A stretch of DNA of 64,000 bases from Methanoculleus sp. (GCF_020696975.1 NZ_JAJGBK010000017.1:4804-68803), one strand, 5' to 3'; positions 10,700 to 21,103 are shown, counted from the stretch's first letter. Numbers and translations: made by a program. Notes: generated by a model not told the origin, from the letters alone.

Positions 10700-11188
10700 A
10701 TGCAGTGTGAACTATGCGGCGCTTCTATCCAGGGCCCGTCAAAAATCATCCAGATCGAAGGTGCAGAACTCTGTGTCTGCGTTCGATGTGCAAAACATGG
10801 TACAGAAGTCCAGCAACCACGACGAAAAGGTGTTCAGCAGAAGAAGCCGGGGTTCGCCGCCCCACCGACCCGAAGGAAGCCGCGAGACGTCTTTGATCTG
10901 ATGGAAGGAGATCTCGTCGATGATTACGCCGACCGGATCCGGGTCGCCCGTGAGGAGAAGGAGTGGTCCACGCTCGACCTCGCGCAGGCGATCAAGGAGC
11001 GTGAGATCCTGGTCAAGAAGATCGAGAAGGGAGACCTCATCCCCGAAGACGATGTCCGGCGGAAGCTTGAGAGAGCCCTCAATATCAGACTGATTGATTC
11101 GGGCGAAGACAGCACCTCCACAGGCGGTCCGGGACGGGTGACCATGACCGTCGGCGACGTTATATCCTTCAAGAAAAGCCGGAAGTAA
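10700..11188 (+). CDS. mbf1: Archaeal multiprotein-bridging factor 1 (MBF1): zinc ribbon + XRE-type HTH
   Basis: MQCELCG...CVRCAKHG zinc ribbon followed by a cro/C1-type HTH ([23 protein letters not shown]). A TATA-like TTATATAGG lies ~35 nt upstream. The ORF track starts 9 codons earlier, at 10673. Confidence 0.8.
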   Translation: MQCELCGASIQGPSKIIQIEGAELCVCVRCAKHGTEVQQPRRKGVQQKKPGFAAPPTRRKPRDVFDLMEGDLVDDYADRIRVAREEKEWSTLDLAQAIKEREILVKKIEKGDLIPEDDVRRKLERALNIRLIDSGEDSTSTGGPGRVTMTVGDVISFKKSRK

Positions 11189-11264
11189 GTCTTCACCATA
11201 CTTTTTTCCCCGGGGTACTCACCCTGTGTCCCGGATCAATCTCTTGCGCGGCAATCCGGCACGC

Positions 11265-11272
11265 TTTTATAC
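11265..11272 (+). promoter_or_regulatory. Candidate TATA box for the aromatic amino acid operon
   Basis: TTTTATAC in the intergenic region, ~210 nt upstream of the first start codon at 11484. Confidence 0.3.
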
Positions 11273-11483
11273 AAGAAAGCATAACGATATACCCAATGCG
11301 TGGTGAATGTTTTTTCGCCGGTGAACGTTTTTACCTCGGCTAACGAAGTAACCGCCTCCGCAGAAGCAACCTGTCAGTTTTTGACCGCCGCCACCCATGA
11401 TGACGGAGCGGCAGCATTCTATCGCTATTTTACCCCGTTTTGAATCATTCCCGGAGATTGCATCACTGAGATCCGGGAGGACC

Positions 11484-12281
11484 ATGGTTATGAGAGGAAA
11501 AGAGATTCGTCTGGAACGTATTATGGATCGGAATACCGGCAGGACCATCATCGTGCCGCTCGACCACGGCGTGACGCTCGGGCCCATCCCGGGGCTGGTT
11601 GACGTCGGAAAGACCATCGACCTCGTCGCCGAGGGCGGAGCAAACGCGGTGATCGGTCATGTGGGGCTTGCGCTGCACGGACACCGGGGGCATGGGCGGG
11701 ACGTCGGCCTCATCATGCACCTCTCGGCGAGCACCAGCATCGGCCCGGACCCGAACGACAAGGTGCTCGTGAACACCGTCACGAACGCCTTAAAGATGGG
11801 CGCCGATGGCGTCTCGGTGCATATCAACGTCGGTGCAGACTCCGAGGCACGGATGCTTGAAGACCTGGGCAGTGTCGCGGTCGCGTGCATGGAGTGGGGA
11901 ATGCCGCTTCTCGCGATGATGTACCCGCGGGGCAGGAAGGTTATCGACGAGCACGACCTTGAGAGCGTCAAACTCTCGGCACGAGTGGCGGCGGAGCTCG
12001 GCGCCGATATCGTCAAGACCGTCTACACCGGAGACGCGGACTCGTTCCGCGAGGTGACGGAAGGCTGTCCGGTGCCGGTCGTGGTCGCCGGAGGCTCAAA
12101 GACCGACGAGCGGGCGATCCTCGACCTGGTGGAAGGCGCGATGGAGGGGGGTGCCGCCGGTATATCGATCGGGCGAAACGCCTTCCAGCATGCGGCGCCT
12201 GACCGCCTGATCCGTGCCGCCGCGCTGATCATCCATGAAGGGCGGTCGGCAGAGGAAGCAATCGAGATTCTTCGGATGTGA
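11484..12281 (+). CDS. aroA': DhnA-type class I aldolase family: 2-amino-3,7-dideoxy-D-threo-hept-6-ulosonate (ADH) synthase or fructose-bisphosphate aldolase paralog
   Basis: [31 protein letters not shown] and VVVAGG motifs resemble M. jannaschii MJ0400. A GGGAGG RBS precedes the ATG at 11484. It is the first gene of the aro operon. Confidence 0.8.
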   Translation: MVMRGKEIRLERIMDRNTGRTIIVPLDHGVTLGPIPGLVDVGKTIDLVAEGGANAVIGHVGLALHGHRGHGRDVGLIMHLSASTSIGPDPNDKVLVNTVTNALKMGADGVSVHINVGADSEARMLEDLGSVAVACMEWGMPLLAMMYPRGRKVIDEHDLESVKLSARVAAELGADIVKTVYTGDADSFREVTEGCPVPVVVAGGSKTDERAILDLVEGAMEGGAAGISIGRNAFQHAAPDRLIRAAALIIHEGRSAEEAIEILRM

Positions 12282-13072
12282 TGGATGTGATTGGAAAAGA
12301 GATCCGCCTTGAGCGGATAATGGACAGAAACACCGGCCGCGCCGTGATCATCCCTATGGACCACGGGTTCACGATGGGCCAGGTCGAGGGGCTTCGTAAC
12401 ATGACAAAGACCGTCAACGCGGTGAGCGAGGGCGGGGCGAACGCCATCGTCCTCCACAAGGGCATGGTGAAGGGAGGGCACCGGAAGCACGGAAAGGATA
12501 TCGGTCTCATCGTCCACCTCTCCGCGAGCACCTCAATGAACCCGGACCCGAATGATAAGGTGCTCGTCTGCACCGTGGAGGAGGCGGTCGCGCTCGGTGC
12601 CGACGCGGTCTCGATCCACATCAACCTCGGCGCGCCGAACGAATCACGGATGCTCGAATCGGCCGGCGAGGTGGTGCGGGACTGCAACCGCTGGGGGATG
12701 CCGCTCCTGATCATGATCTACCCCCGCGGCAAGGGGATCGATCCCACATCGCCGCAGTCGATCGGGCACTGTGTCCGGGTTGCGGAAGAACTCGGCGCCG
12801 ACCTCATCAAGACAAACTACACCGGTGATCCCGAATCATTCGGCCAGATCACCGCCGCCTGCTCGGTGCCGGTGATGATCGCCGGTGGGGAGAAGGGTGG
12901 GGATATTGAGACCCTCACGACCATCCGGGACGCGATCGGTGCGGGCGCGGCGGGTGTCTGCATGGGGAGGAACGCCTTCCAGCGCGACGACCCGGCCCGG
13001 TTCATCGCCGCGATATCCCGGGTTGTGCACGAGGGAAGAGACCCGGCCGAAGCACTGGAGACGGAGCGATGA
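12278..13072 (+). CDS. Second DhnA-type class I aldolase / ADH synthase paralog
   Basis: Collinear paralog of 11484-12281 ([25 protein letters not shown] ... ADLIKT ... VMIAGG). Its start overlaps the upstream stop. Confidence 0.8.
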   Translation: MMDVIGKEIRLERIMDRNTGRAVIIPMDHGFTMGQVEGLRNMTKTVNAVSEGGANAIVLHKGMVKGGHRKHGKDIGLIVHLSASTSMNPDPNDKVLVCTVEEAVALGADAVSIHINLGAPNESRMLESAGEVVRDCNRWGMPLLIMIYPRGKGIDPTSPQSIGHCVRVAEELGADLIKTNYTGDPESFGQITAACSVPVMIAGGEKGGDIETLTTIRDAIGAGAAGVCMGRNAFQRDDPARFIAAISRVVHEGRDPAEALETER

Positions 13073-14055
13073 AGCGGTTCTGGGTCGATCTCAGGCCGTG
13101 GAGGAAGGATCTCGCGACGACCGCGATCGAGAGCGGCGCAGACGCTCTGGTCGTCGATGACGCAGAACGCGTGCGAGAACTCGGGCGGGTGACGACCGTC
13201 GCAGACAACGGCGACCTTGTACCCGGCAAAGACGTCTTTGAAGCCGAGATCGTCGATAAGGCGGCCGAGGAAGAGGCGCTCCGGCTCTCCCGCGAGGGTT
13301 TCGTCATCGTCCGGACACGGGACTGGACGGTCATCCCGCTTGAGAACCTCGTCGCGCAGTCCGACCGGATCATCGCCGCGGTCGAAAGCGCCGAAGAGGC
13401 AAGGGTCGCCCTGACCGTTCTCGAACGCGGGACGGCGGGCATCCTCCTTGCGACCGATGATCCCGCAGAGGTCAGGAAGACGGCGGACGTCATCGCCGGC
13501 GCCGGGGCGCACGTCCCGCTCGTTCCGTTCGAGGTGACCAGGATCGCTCCCATCGGGATGGGCGATAGGGTCTGCGTCGACACCTGCTCCCTCCTCGCCG
13601 ACGGTGAGGGGATGCTCGTCGGCAACACCTCCTCGGCGTTCCTGCTGGTCCACCCCGAGACCCTGGAGAACCCCTACGTGGCGCCGCGACCGTTCCGGGT
13701 GAACGCCGGAGCGGTGCACGCCTACATCCTCCTCCCGGACGGGAAGACCGCATACCTCGCCGACCTCGGAGTCGGGGATAAGGTGCTCGTCGCGGAGCAC
13801 ACCGGCGCGACCCATGATGCGGTCGTCGGGCGGGTGAAGATCGAGCGCCGCCCGCTCCTCCTCGTCGAGGCGAAGGCCGGCGGTGCAACGGTGAGCCTGG
13901 TCCTCCAGAACGCCGAGACGATCCGGCTCGTCAGGCCCGACGGCTCGGCCGTATCGGTCGCCAGCCTCGCGGTCGGCGATACGGTGCTCGGGAGCGTCGC
14001 GGAGGGCGGACGGCACTTCGGGGTCGCCGTCGCCGAGACGATCCGGGAGAAGTGA
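13069..14055 (+). CDS. aroB': 3-dehydroquinate synthase II (archaeal type)
   Basis: 328 aa beginning [11 protein letters not shown]...AIESGADALVV, MJ1249-like. ATGA overlap with the upstream gene. Confidence 0.85.
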   Translation: MKRFWVDLRPWRKDLATTAIESGADALVVDDAERVRELGRVTTVADNGDLVPGKDVFEAEIVDKAAEEEALRLSREGFVIVRTRDWTVIPLENLVAQSDRIIAAVESAEEARVALTVLERGTAGILLATDDPAEVRKTADVIAGAGAHVPLVPFEVTRIAPIGMGDRVCVDTCSLLADGEGMLVGNTSSAFLLVHPETLENPYVAPRPFRVNAGAVHAYILLPDGKTAYLADLGVGDKVLVAEHTGATHDAVVGRVKIERRPLLLVEAKAGGATVSLVLQNAETIRLVRPDGSAVSVASLAVGDTVLGSVAEGGRHFGVAVAETIREK

Positions 14056-14885
14056 CACGAATGCTTGCAGGCATCATCGGCGGCACAGGGCAGATGGGAC
14101 GGTTCTTTGCAGAGGTCTTCCGTGCGGCCGGGTGGGAGGTGATCGTCTCCGGGACGAAGACGTCTCTTTCCAACCGTGACGTTGCGGAGATGGCGGATCT
14201 TGTGGTGGTCTCGGTCCCGATCCGCGCCACTGTCGGGGTGATCCATGAGGTCGCAGGGCTCCTCTCGGAGGAGCAGGTCTTCTGCGACCTCACCTCCCTC
14301 AAGACCGAACCGGTCCGGGCGATGCTCGCCTCGCGTGCGGAGGTGATCGGGCTCCACCCGATGTTCGGGCCCAACAGCGCGTCGCTCCGGGGCCAGACGA
14401 TCGTCGCAACGCCGGCCCGGTGCAGCCCCGAGACCCTTGATGGGCTCCTCTCCGTCTTTCGCGACCAGGGGGCGGCGATCACCATCTCGACACCGGAAGA
14501 GCATGACCGGATGATGGCGGTTATCCAGGGGCTGACCCACTTCGTGACGCTCGCAAAAGCAGAGGCGATCCGCCGGACCGGTGCAGACGTCGCAGAGACC
14601 CTTACCTACACGAGCCCTGTCTACCGGATCGAGATGGGGTTCATCGGGCGTCTCCTCGCCCAGGACGCCGGGCTCTACGGCGACATCCTCCAGATGAACC
14701 CGGCCGTCCCGGAGGTGCTCGGCGAGTTTGAGGAGGCTGTCCGGATGCTCCGGGAGATCGCCGAGTCCGGGGATAGTGAGCAATTTGAGGCGTTTTTTGC
14801 CCAAAATGCCGGACATTACGCCTCGTTCCTCCGCGCCGCGACGGAAGAGACGGACGACCTCATCAACCATGTGGTGAGCCGATGA
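14052..14885 (+). CDS. tyrA: Prephenate dehydrogenase
   Basis: Rossmann motif IIGGTGQMGRFF and the HPMFGP motif. GTGA overlap with aroB'; an alternative ATG lies at 14061. Confidence 0.85.
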   Translation: MTRMLAGIIGGTGQMGRFFAEVFRAAGWEVIVSGTKTSLSNRDVAEMADLVVVSVPIRATVGVIHEVAGLLSEEQVFCDLTSLKTEPVRAMLASRAEVIGLHPMFGPNSASLRGQTIVATPARCSPETLDGLLSVFRDQGAAITISTPEEHDRMMAVIQGLTHFVTLAKAEAIRRTGADVAETLTYTSPVYRIEMGFIGRLLAQDAGLYGDILQMNPAVPEVLGEFEEAVRMLREIAESGDSEQFEAFFAQNAGHYASFLRAATEETDDLINHVVSR

Positions 14886-15676
14886 CCGTCGCAACACTCG
14901 GGCCGGCCGGGACGTTCAGCCACGAACTCGCCGTACGCCTTTACGGTGACGACATCGAACTCCTGCCGACGATCCACGCCATCATCGAGCGCGTGGCGGC
15001 CGGTGCAGCGAAAGGGCTCGTCCCGATCGAGAACTCGGAGGCCGGCGGTGTGGGAGAGACGCTCCAGGGGCTCGCGGAGTTCGATGTCTCGATCACCGCA
15101 GAAGCGTACATGCCCATCCGGCACCATCTCGCGGCCCGGAAAGAGCCTTCGGACCTCTCGGTCATCTACGCCCACCCACAGACGCACGAGCAGTGCTCCG
15201 TCCTCTTCGATCGTCTCGGCGCCGAGGTCGTGCACACGAGCAGCAACGCCGCGAGTGCGGTCGCGATGCAGAGAGACGAGAACGCCGGTGCGGTCGTCTC
15301 GGAGATGGCGGCGGCGATCTACGGCCTCCCGATAGCCGTCCGCGATCTCCAGAACTGCAGCACGAACACCACCCGGTTCGTGGAGATATCCGCCGTTCCT
15401 CGTGATGTTACCGGGTGCACGAAGTGCAGCCTCCTTGTGGACCCACCGATCGACCGGGTCGGACTCCTCGCCGACCTGCTCGGGGTCTTCGCCCGGCGCC
15501 GGGTCAACCTGACCCGGATCGAGTCGCGGCCGTCCCGGCGGGGCATCGGGAGGTACATATTCTTTATCGATATCGAGGTCTCCGATGGCTGGCGGGAGGC
15601 AAAGGAGGAACTCAAAGGGATGACCACCGTCAGGGAACTCGGGTGCTACGCCCGCATGGAGGTGCCGGGATTATGA
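14882..15676 (+). CDS. pheA: Prephenate dehydratase with C-terminal ACT domain
   Basis: Motifs TLGPAGTFSH, TRF and ESRP (RIESRPSRR). ATGA overlaps at both ends. Confidence 0.85.
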   Translation: MTVATLGPAGTFSHELAVRLYGDDIELLPTIHAIIERVAAGAAKGLVPIENSEAGGVGETLQGLAEFDVSITAEAYMPIRHHLAARKEPSDLSVIYAHPQTHEQCSVLFDRLGAEVVHTSSNAASAVAMQRDENAGAVVSEMAAAIYGLPIAVRDLQNCSTNTTRFVEISAVPRDVTGCTKCSLLVDPPIDRVGLLADLLGVFARRRVNLTRIESRPSRRGIGRYIFFIDIEVSDGWREAKEELKGMTTVRELGCYARMEVPGL

Positions 15677-16941
15677 TCGTCAGGGTATCGCAGACCGGTC
15701 CGGTCGATGCGACGTTTTCGGCCCCTCCCTCGAAGAGCTACACGCACCGGGCCCTGATTGCAGGAGCGCTTGCGGCGGGCAGATCAAGGATTTCAGGGCC
15801 GCTCCGGGCGGTTGATACCGAACTGACCGCCCGGGGGCTCGAAGCCCTCGGGGTGCCGATCGAGTGGCTGCCGGGGGAGATCACCATCACCGGATGCGAC
15901 GGCACCTTCCCGGCGGCAGGAGAGGTCACCATCGACTGCAAAAACTCCGGGACGACTCTGCGGCTCCTCACCTCAGCGGCGCTCCTTGCCCGGCACCCGG
16001 TGGTGCTGATGGGGAGCCCGAGGATGCTCGAGCGGCCGGTCGGCCCGCTGGCCGGAGCGCTCCGCACACTCGGGGGGGAGATCGCGTTCACCGGACGGGA
16101 AGGTTACCCGCCCATCCGGGTCTCCGGCAGACTCCGGGGCGGCAGGACGACGATCGACGGGAGCATCAGCAGCCAGTTTATCTCGTCCATCCTGATGGCG
16201 GCGCCCTACGCGGAGGAGGACGTTGAACTCACGCTCCCGGAAACCCCGGCATCCCGGTCCTACCTCGACGTGACAGCGGACGTTATGCTCCGGTTCGGGG
16301 CCAGGCTTGAACGGCGGGGCTACGACTGGTTCAGGGTGAAGAGCGACGTAGCCTACCGGGGGAGGAACTACCGGGTCGAGGGGGATTACTCCTCGGCATC
16401 CTACCTCTTCGCGATAGCGGCCGTCTGCGGCGGGCGTGTCACGGTCACGGGCTTAAACCCGGCATCGGTCCAGGGTGACCGCCGGTTCCTCGACGCCCTC
16501 GAGGCGATGGGGTGTCGCGTCACCTCCAGCACCGACGCGGTGACGGTGGAGCGGACAGGCGGTCTTGCCGGTATCGAGATGGATATGTCCTCGTCCCCCG
16601 ATACCGTCCAGACGCTCGCGGCTGTTGCGGCGATGGCAGCCTCACCGACGACGATCACGGGGACGGGGCACCTGCAGTACAAGGAGAGCGACCGCGTGGG
16701 GGTGACGGCGGATACCCTCCGGCGGATGGGTGCGGGTGTTACGGTCACGGAGGACTCGCTCACGATCACCCCCGGCCTCCTCCACGGCGTCGCCGTCGAC
16801 CCGCACGACGACCACCGGACGGCGATGGCGTTCGCCGTCCTCGGGCTCGCGGTCGGGGGAATGGCAATTCGTGACCCCGAATGTGTGGAGAAGTCTTTTC
16901 CTGGTTTCTGGGAGGCGCTTTATGGGGAGGGGCTGCTGTGA
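15673..16941 (+). CDS. aroA: 3-phosphoshikimate 1-carboxyvinyltransferase (EPSP synthase)
   Basis: PPSKSYTHRALIAGALA, NSGTTLRLL, DHRTAMAFAVLG. The ATG at 15673 overlaps the pheA stop; the longer ORF-track start at 15415 lies inside pheA. Confidence 0.9.
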   Translation: MIVRVSQTGPVDATFSAPPSKSYTHRALIAGALAAGRSRISGPLRAVDTELTARGLEALGVPIEWLPGEITITGCDGTFPAAGEVTIDCKNSGTTLRLLTSAALLARHPVVLMGSPRMLERPVGPLAGALRTLGGEIAFTGREGYPPIRVSGRLRGGRTTIDGSISSQFISSILMAAPYAEEDVELTLPETPASRSYLDVTADVMLRFGARLERRGYDWFRVKSDVAYRGRNYRVEGDYSSASYLFAIAAVCGGRVTVTGLNPASVQGDRRFLDALEAMGCRVTSSTDAVTVERTGGLAGIEMDMSSSPDTVQTLAAVAAMAASPTTITGTGHLQYKESDRVGVTADTLRRMGAGVTVTEDSLTITPGLLHGVAVDPHDDHRTAMAFAVLGLAVGGMAIRDPECVEKSFPGFWEALYGEGLL

Positions 16942-18302
16942 AGATCGTCCTCACCGGCTTTCGGGGAACCGGAAAGACCACGGTTGGTCGGATTCTCGCG
17001 GATCGGCTCGGGATGCCGTTCTACGATACCGATCTGATTGTCGAGCAGCGGGCGGGAATGCCAATCCCGGAGATCTTCCACCGGGCCGGGGAGGCGCACT
17101 TCCGGACCCTTGAACGGGAGACGATCGCGTCGCTCAGAGATGTGGAGGGGGTGATCGCCACCGGCGGGGGGGCGGTATGCGACCCGGCAAACGTCGCGAA
17201 TCTCCGGTGGCACGGCACGGTCTATCTCCTCTCGGTCGCTCCTGACATCTGTCACGAGCGGATCGCCGGGAGCGATCGGCCGGGGCTGACGGGGCTTTCT
17301 CCCGCAGAAGAGGTGCGCACGCTTCTCGCCAGGAGAAGGGATGCCTACCTCGGCGCGGCCGACATCTGCATCGATACCGGGAAGCGCACTCCCCGGGAGG
17401 TCGCGGAGATGATCGTCGGCCAGATCGGCAAAGAGATCGGCATCCCCCCTGGTGACGCACGCGAACGCGACGCCCTCCTTGAGCGGTTCGGCCTTCCCGC
17501 CCTCGGGGATATGGTTGACCGTGACCCGGGTCTTCGGGTATGCGCCATCGCCGGGAACCCCTGCGCCCACAGCAAGAGCCCGCTCCTCTACAACCGGTTC
17601 TTTGCACACTTCGGGATGAACTACCACTACACCCGCTTTGAATGGCCGGATGCCGGAACCATCATCCGTCTCGCAAACCTCCTCCCCCTGAAGGGCTTAT
17701 CCGTCACCATCCCGTTCAAGACCGACGTGATGCGCCACCTTGACGAGGTGGACGGTCACGCTTCGGCGATCGGGGCGGTGAACACCGTCGTTAGTTGCGG
17801 TGGAAAGTTATACGGCCATAACACCGACTGGCTGGGGGTCCGGACCCCGCTCATCCACCGCCGGGGCGGCCGGGCGGTTGTCCTCGGCGCCGGGGGTGCG
17901 GCGGCTGCGGCGGTCTACGCACTTCGCTCGCTCGATATGGACGTCACGGTGCTTGCCCGGAAGGCGGCTTTCGCGCAGAGGCTTGCGGAGCGCTTCAACT
18001 GCCGGTGGGGCGGTCTCGAAGAGTTCAAGGGGAGCGATGCCGATGTGGTTGTACACGCAACCCCGATCGGGATGGAGCCCGACACCCGAAGCCTGCTTGC
18101 CGCTTGCGACCTTGAGCGAGAGACGACCGTCTTTGACCTTGTTTATACGCCGCCGGAGACGCCCCTTATTCGAGCGGCAAGAGAGGCCGGGTGCGAGGCG
18201 ATACCCGGTACGGAGATGTTCGTCCACCAGGCGGTGGAGCAGTTCCGGCTGATCACCGGGATCGCGGTCACGCCAAAGATGGTGCGGGAGATGCTGGCAT
18301 GA
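16938..18302 (+). CDS. aroKE: Bifunctional P-loop (AroK-type) shikimate kinase / shikimate 5-dehydrogenase fusion
   Basis: N-terminal half: [29 protein letters not shown] (Walker A, AroK-like). C-terminal half: [15 protein letters not shown]...GLSVTIPFK...NTD...GAGGAAAA (AroE). The GTG at 16938 overlaps the aroA stop. Confidence 0.8.
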   Translation: MKIVLTGFRGTGKTTVGRILADRLGMPFYDTDLIVEQRAGMPIPEIFHRAGEAHFRTLERETIASLRDVEGVIATGGGAVCDPANVANLRWHGTVYLLSVAPDICHERIAGSDRPGLTGLSPAEEVRTLLARRRDAYLGAADICIDTGKRTPREVAEMIVGQIGKEIGIPPGDARERDALLERFGLPALGDMVDRDPGLRVCAIAGNPCAHSKSPLLYNRFFAHFGMNYHYTRFEWPDAGTIIRLANLLPLKGLSVTIPFKTDVMRHLDEVDGHASAIGAVNTVVSCGGKLYGHNTDWLGVRTPLIHRRGGRAVVLGAGGAAAAAVYALRSLDMDVTVLARKAAFAQRLAERFNCRWGGLEEFKGSDADVVVHATPIGMEPDTRSLLAACDLERETTVFDLVYTPPETPLIRAAREAGCEAIPGTEMFVHQAVEQFRLITGIAVTPKMVREMLA

Positions 18303-19300
18303 ACACGTTCGGGAGAAACTTCAGGTGCACGACGTTCGGAGAGAGCCACGGGTTGGCCGTGGGCGTGATCGTCGACGGCTGCCCGCCCAATATCCCCCTC
18401 ACGGAGGTGGATATCCAGCCCTACCTTGATAGGAGGCGGCCGGGAAAGAGCCCGCTCGAGTCCGGGAGGCAGGAGCCCGACCGGGTGGAGATCCTCTCGG
18501 GGGTCTTTGAAGGGAGGACGACCGGCGCCCCGATAGCGCTTGTCGTCAGGAACCGGGACGTCCGGTCCGAGGACTACGACGCACTCCGGGACGTATTCCG
18601 CCCGGGACACGCGGACTACACCTGGCAGGCGAAGTACGGGCTCCGGGACCACCGCGGCGGCGGGCGGAGTTCGGGCCGGGAGACTCTTGCCCGGGTCGCG
18701 GCAGGCGCCGTCGCGATGCGCTGCCTTGCGCCCTACGGCATAGCGATCCGGGGGAGGATCATCGAGGTGCACGCCGCGACGGATCCAGCGGCGATGGAGG
18801 CGGAGATCCGTGCCGCCCGGGATGCGGGCGACTCCGTGGGCGGGATCGTCGAGGTGACGGCGGCCGGGTGCCCGGCGGGCCTCGGTGACCCGGTATTCGG
18901 GAAGCTCGACGCCGCCATCGCCGGGGCGATGATGGGCATCGGTGCGGTGAAGGGCGTTGAACTTGGCGAGGGGTTCGGTGCCGCACGGCTCTTCGGGAGT
19001 GAGATGAACGATCCCATCACCGGAACCGGGTTTGCAAGCAACCACGCGGGCGGCGTCCTCGGCGGGATCAGCACCGGGCAGGATATCGTCGTCCGGCTTG
19101 CCGTCAAGCCGACGCCCTCGATACGCCGGGTGCAGCAGACCGTCGATACTGCCGGGAAAGAGCGGGAGATATCAGTCGAAGGGCGGCACGACCCCTGCAT
19201 CGCACCGCGGGTTGTACCGGTCGCCGAGTGCATGATGGCGCTTGTTATTATCGATGCGATGCTTGAGCAGGCGAAGTACCGGGTATTTGCCGGGGAGTGA
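18299..19300 (+). CDS. aroC: Chorismate synthase
   Basis: [39 protein letters not shown] overlap with the upstream gene. Confidence 0.9.
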   Translation: MNTFGRNFRCTTFGESHGLAVGVIVDGCPPNIPLTEVDIQPYLDRRRPGKSPLESGRQEPDRVEILSGVFEGRTTGAPIALVVRNRDVRSEDYDALRDVFRPGHADYTWQAKYGLRDHRGGGRSSGRETLARVAAGAVAMRCLAPYGIAIRGRIIEVHAATDPAAMEAEIRAARDAGDSVGGIVEVTAAGCPAGLGDPVFGKLDAAIAGAMMGIGAVKGVELGEGFGAARLFGSEMNDPITGTGFASNHAGGVLGGISTGQDIVVRLAVKPTPSIRRVQQTVDTAGKEREISVEGRHDPCIAPRVVPVAECMMALVIIDAMLEQAKYRVFAGE

Positions 19301-19491
19301 AGGGGGGGGACCGTCCTGCCTCACCCCCCTGTGAGGCTCATGCACCTCCGGGCGCTTGACTTATCGGTTGGTACTGTACCCAGTGTGATCAGCTCGTGGA
19401 TGATTAGACTGAAGGACGGTAAGAATCTACGAGGATGTGAATCAGGACTTTCAACATTACGTTTTTCACCAATTCGGTGTATAACATTGCT

Positions 19492-20070
19492 ATGAGCCCA
19501 TCTCCCAAATGCCCCTGCCCTGGTTGCGAAGATATCGATATGATAAGGGCATTCATTCATGACATGGATGAAGAGGGCAAGCCAGTTGAGGTTCCAATTG
19601 GTTGGTGGTGCCCCTGCTGCGGGTGGTTGGTTAACGATATTACCCCCGAGAAGATAATCGCAATTCATGACACCCTGATCGCGTTGCACAATAGATCGGA
19701 AGATCAGGGTTGGGAAGGCATAAAAACACAAGGCGAGGTTGAAACCTGGGTTTATTTATGGGAAAACTATTGGAATCACCGTGAGAACATTTACGCAAAG
19801 GCCGCGTGGTTCCTTGAAAAGATTGCCAATGGACATGCCTTTTGGCAGGGTAACAAAAGAACTGCTTACACAGTTACAGATGTCCTCATACTGCGTGCCA
19901 ATGGATTGGCATTTGATGTTGACGGTGACGAGGCGGATCGGTTTATAACAACTCTTGCGAGTTTGGATGCAGAGTACAATGCTACGTATACTCCGGAAGA
20001 AATCGAAGAATGGATCCGCACAAATACAAAAAGATTGGATGTTTTTTCAGTGCCGACTGAGGAGATCTAA
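19492..20070 (+). CDS. Doc/Fic-family (death-on-curing-like) protein with N-terminal CPxC zinc ribbon
   Basis: Fic/Doc core motif HAFWQGNKRTAY (H-x-F-x-x-G-N-K-R) at 19834-19860. N-terminal CPCPGC...x26...CPCCG. Lies in a low-GC islet. Confidence 0.65.
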   Translation: MSPSPKCPCPGCEDIDMIRAFIHDMDEEGKPVEVPIGWWCPCCGWLVNDITPEKIIAIHDTLIALHNRSEDQGWEGIKTQGEVETWVYLWENYWNHRENIYAKAAWFLEKIANGHAFWQGNKRTAYTVTDVLILRANGLAFDVDGDEADRFITTLASLDAEYNATYTPEEIEEWIRTNTKRLDVFSVPTEEI

Positions 20071-20421
20071 TGCCTTCTGATTCTTTTTTATGGAGGCTTC
20101 TAGAGATCGTCTTTCCATGTATGTTAGTCCCATGCGAATAGATCCTTTTGTCCGGGCACTCCGACATGAGTTGTTGGTTGCATGAGCTTCTACCATAGGT
20201 ATCCCGCCTCCTATTAACGTAACATATAGTATATTGTAGCATTTTATTAAAGTATCGAGAAACTTAGCCAATCGATCATTAACTAGGAGTTTGTCCCAGA
20301 GCACCTTTCCTGGGAGGGGACACCCACTGGAAACTCTTCGAGTAACATGTCCCCGCCGTTTTGCCGGACCCAACTAGGAGCCTGGTCTCCAGAGACCCGG
20401 CAGGGCCCCCCAACCCCCCCC

Positions 20422-21051
20422 TCATTTCAGCAGATTCGCAATCTGGCGCATCTCCCGGATATGGTACTGCCCTTCGGCCGTCGGAGTCCCGGCATGGCAG
20501 AACGTGAACTCCGACCCGAAGAGGGGGAGGATTGCACGGGCGTAGCGGAACTCGGCGCCCATAATGCTCGTGCAGATGGGCTTCTGGGCGCGGTGAGTGA
20601 ACGTGATGAGGTCAAAGAGGTCGTCCCTGGTACGGGGTTTCACGACAATCTTCGGGATGTCGCCGTATGACCTGAGCATCCCCTCGATCTTCCCGAGCTC
20701 CGGGAGGGTGGGCATCTCGCTCGTGTGGAGGGATGCGAGGATCTGGACCCCTTCACCCTTGATGAACGGCGCGTGGTCCCGGTAGCGGGCCTCTACGTCC
20801 ACGAAATCGACGTATCGCGCGATCGGCCCGATGATCCGGACCCAGAGGTCGGCATCGCCGACAAACCTGCCTCCTTCCTCCCTGCTTCTGAGCGTGGCTA
20901 TAAGGGGGATGGCGGTCTTCTCCCGGATAGTGCGAACCTGCTCCAGCAGGTCCCCCTCCATCCGGTCGAGCCTGATCTCGATGAATGTCGGGTTATACTC
21001 CACTACCTCGTCGATAACGCCGGCATTCTCCACGGAGACGACGATCTTCAT
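20422..21051 (-). CDS. aroD: 3-dehydroquinate dehydratase, type I
   Basis: 209 aa, MKIVVSV...FIEIRLD...IATLR...KIVVKP, which is the type I DHQase layout. Convergent with aroC. Confidence 0.8.
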   Translation of the reverse strand: MKIVVSVENAGVIDEVVEYNPTFIEIRLDRMEGDLLEQVRTIREKTAIPLIATLRSREEGGRFVGDADLWVRIIGPIARYVDFVDVEARYRDHAPFIKGEGVQILASLHTSEMPTLPELGKIEGMLRSYGDIPKIVVKPRTRDDLFDLITFTHRAQKPICTSIMGAEFRYARAILPLFGSEFTFCHAGTPTAEGQYHIREMRQIANLLK

Positions 21052-21103
21052 ATTTACCCGAGGTATAACCCCTTATCACTTAAAAGTCTGCCCGCTTCCT
21101 TCG

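Noticed and set aside
12817-14058. 413-aa ORF on the minus strand
   Set aside because: It is entirely antisense to aroB' and the end of the second aldolase gene. Its composition is Arg/Asp/Gly/Pro-rich and low in complexity, typical of shadow ORFs in high-GC DNA. The plus-strand genes have clear family motifs.
15415-15672. Upstream extension of the EPSP synthase ORF (ORF-track start 15415)
   Set aside because: The extension lies inside pheA in another frame and is Arg/Pro-rich. The ATG at 15673 gives the canonical MIVRVS...PPSKS N-terminus and the same 4-nt overlap pattern as the rest of the operon.
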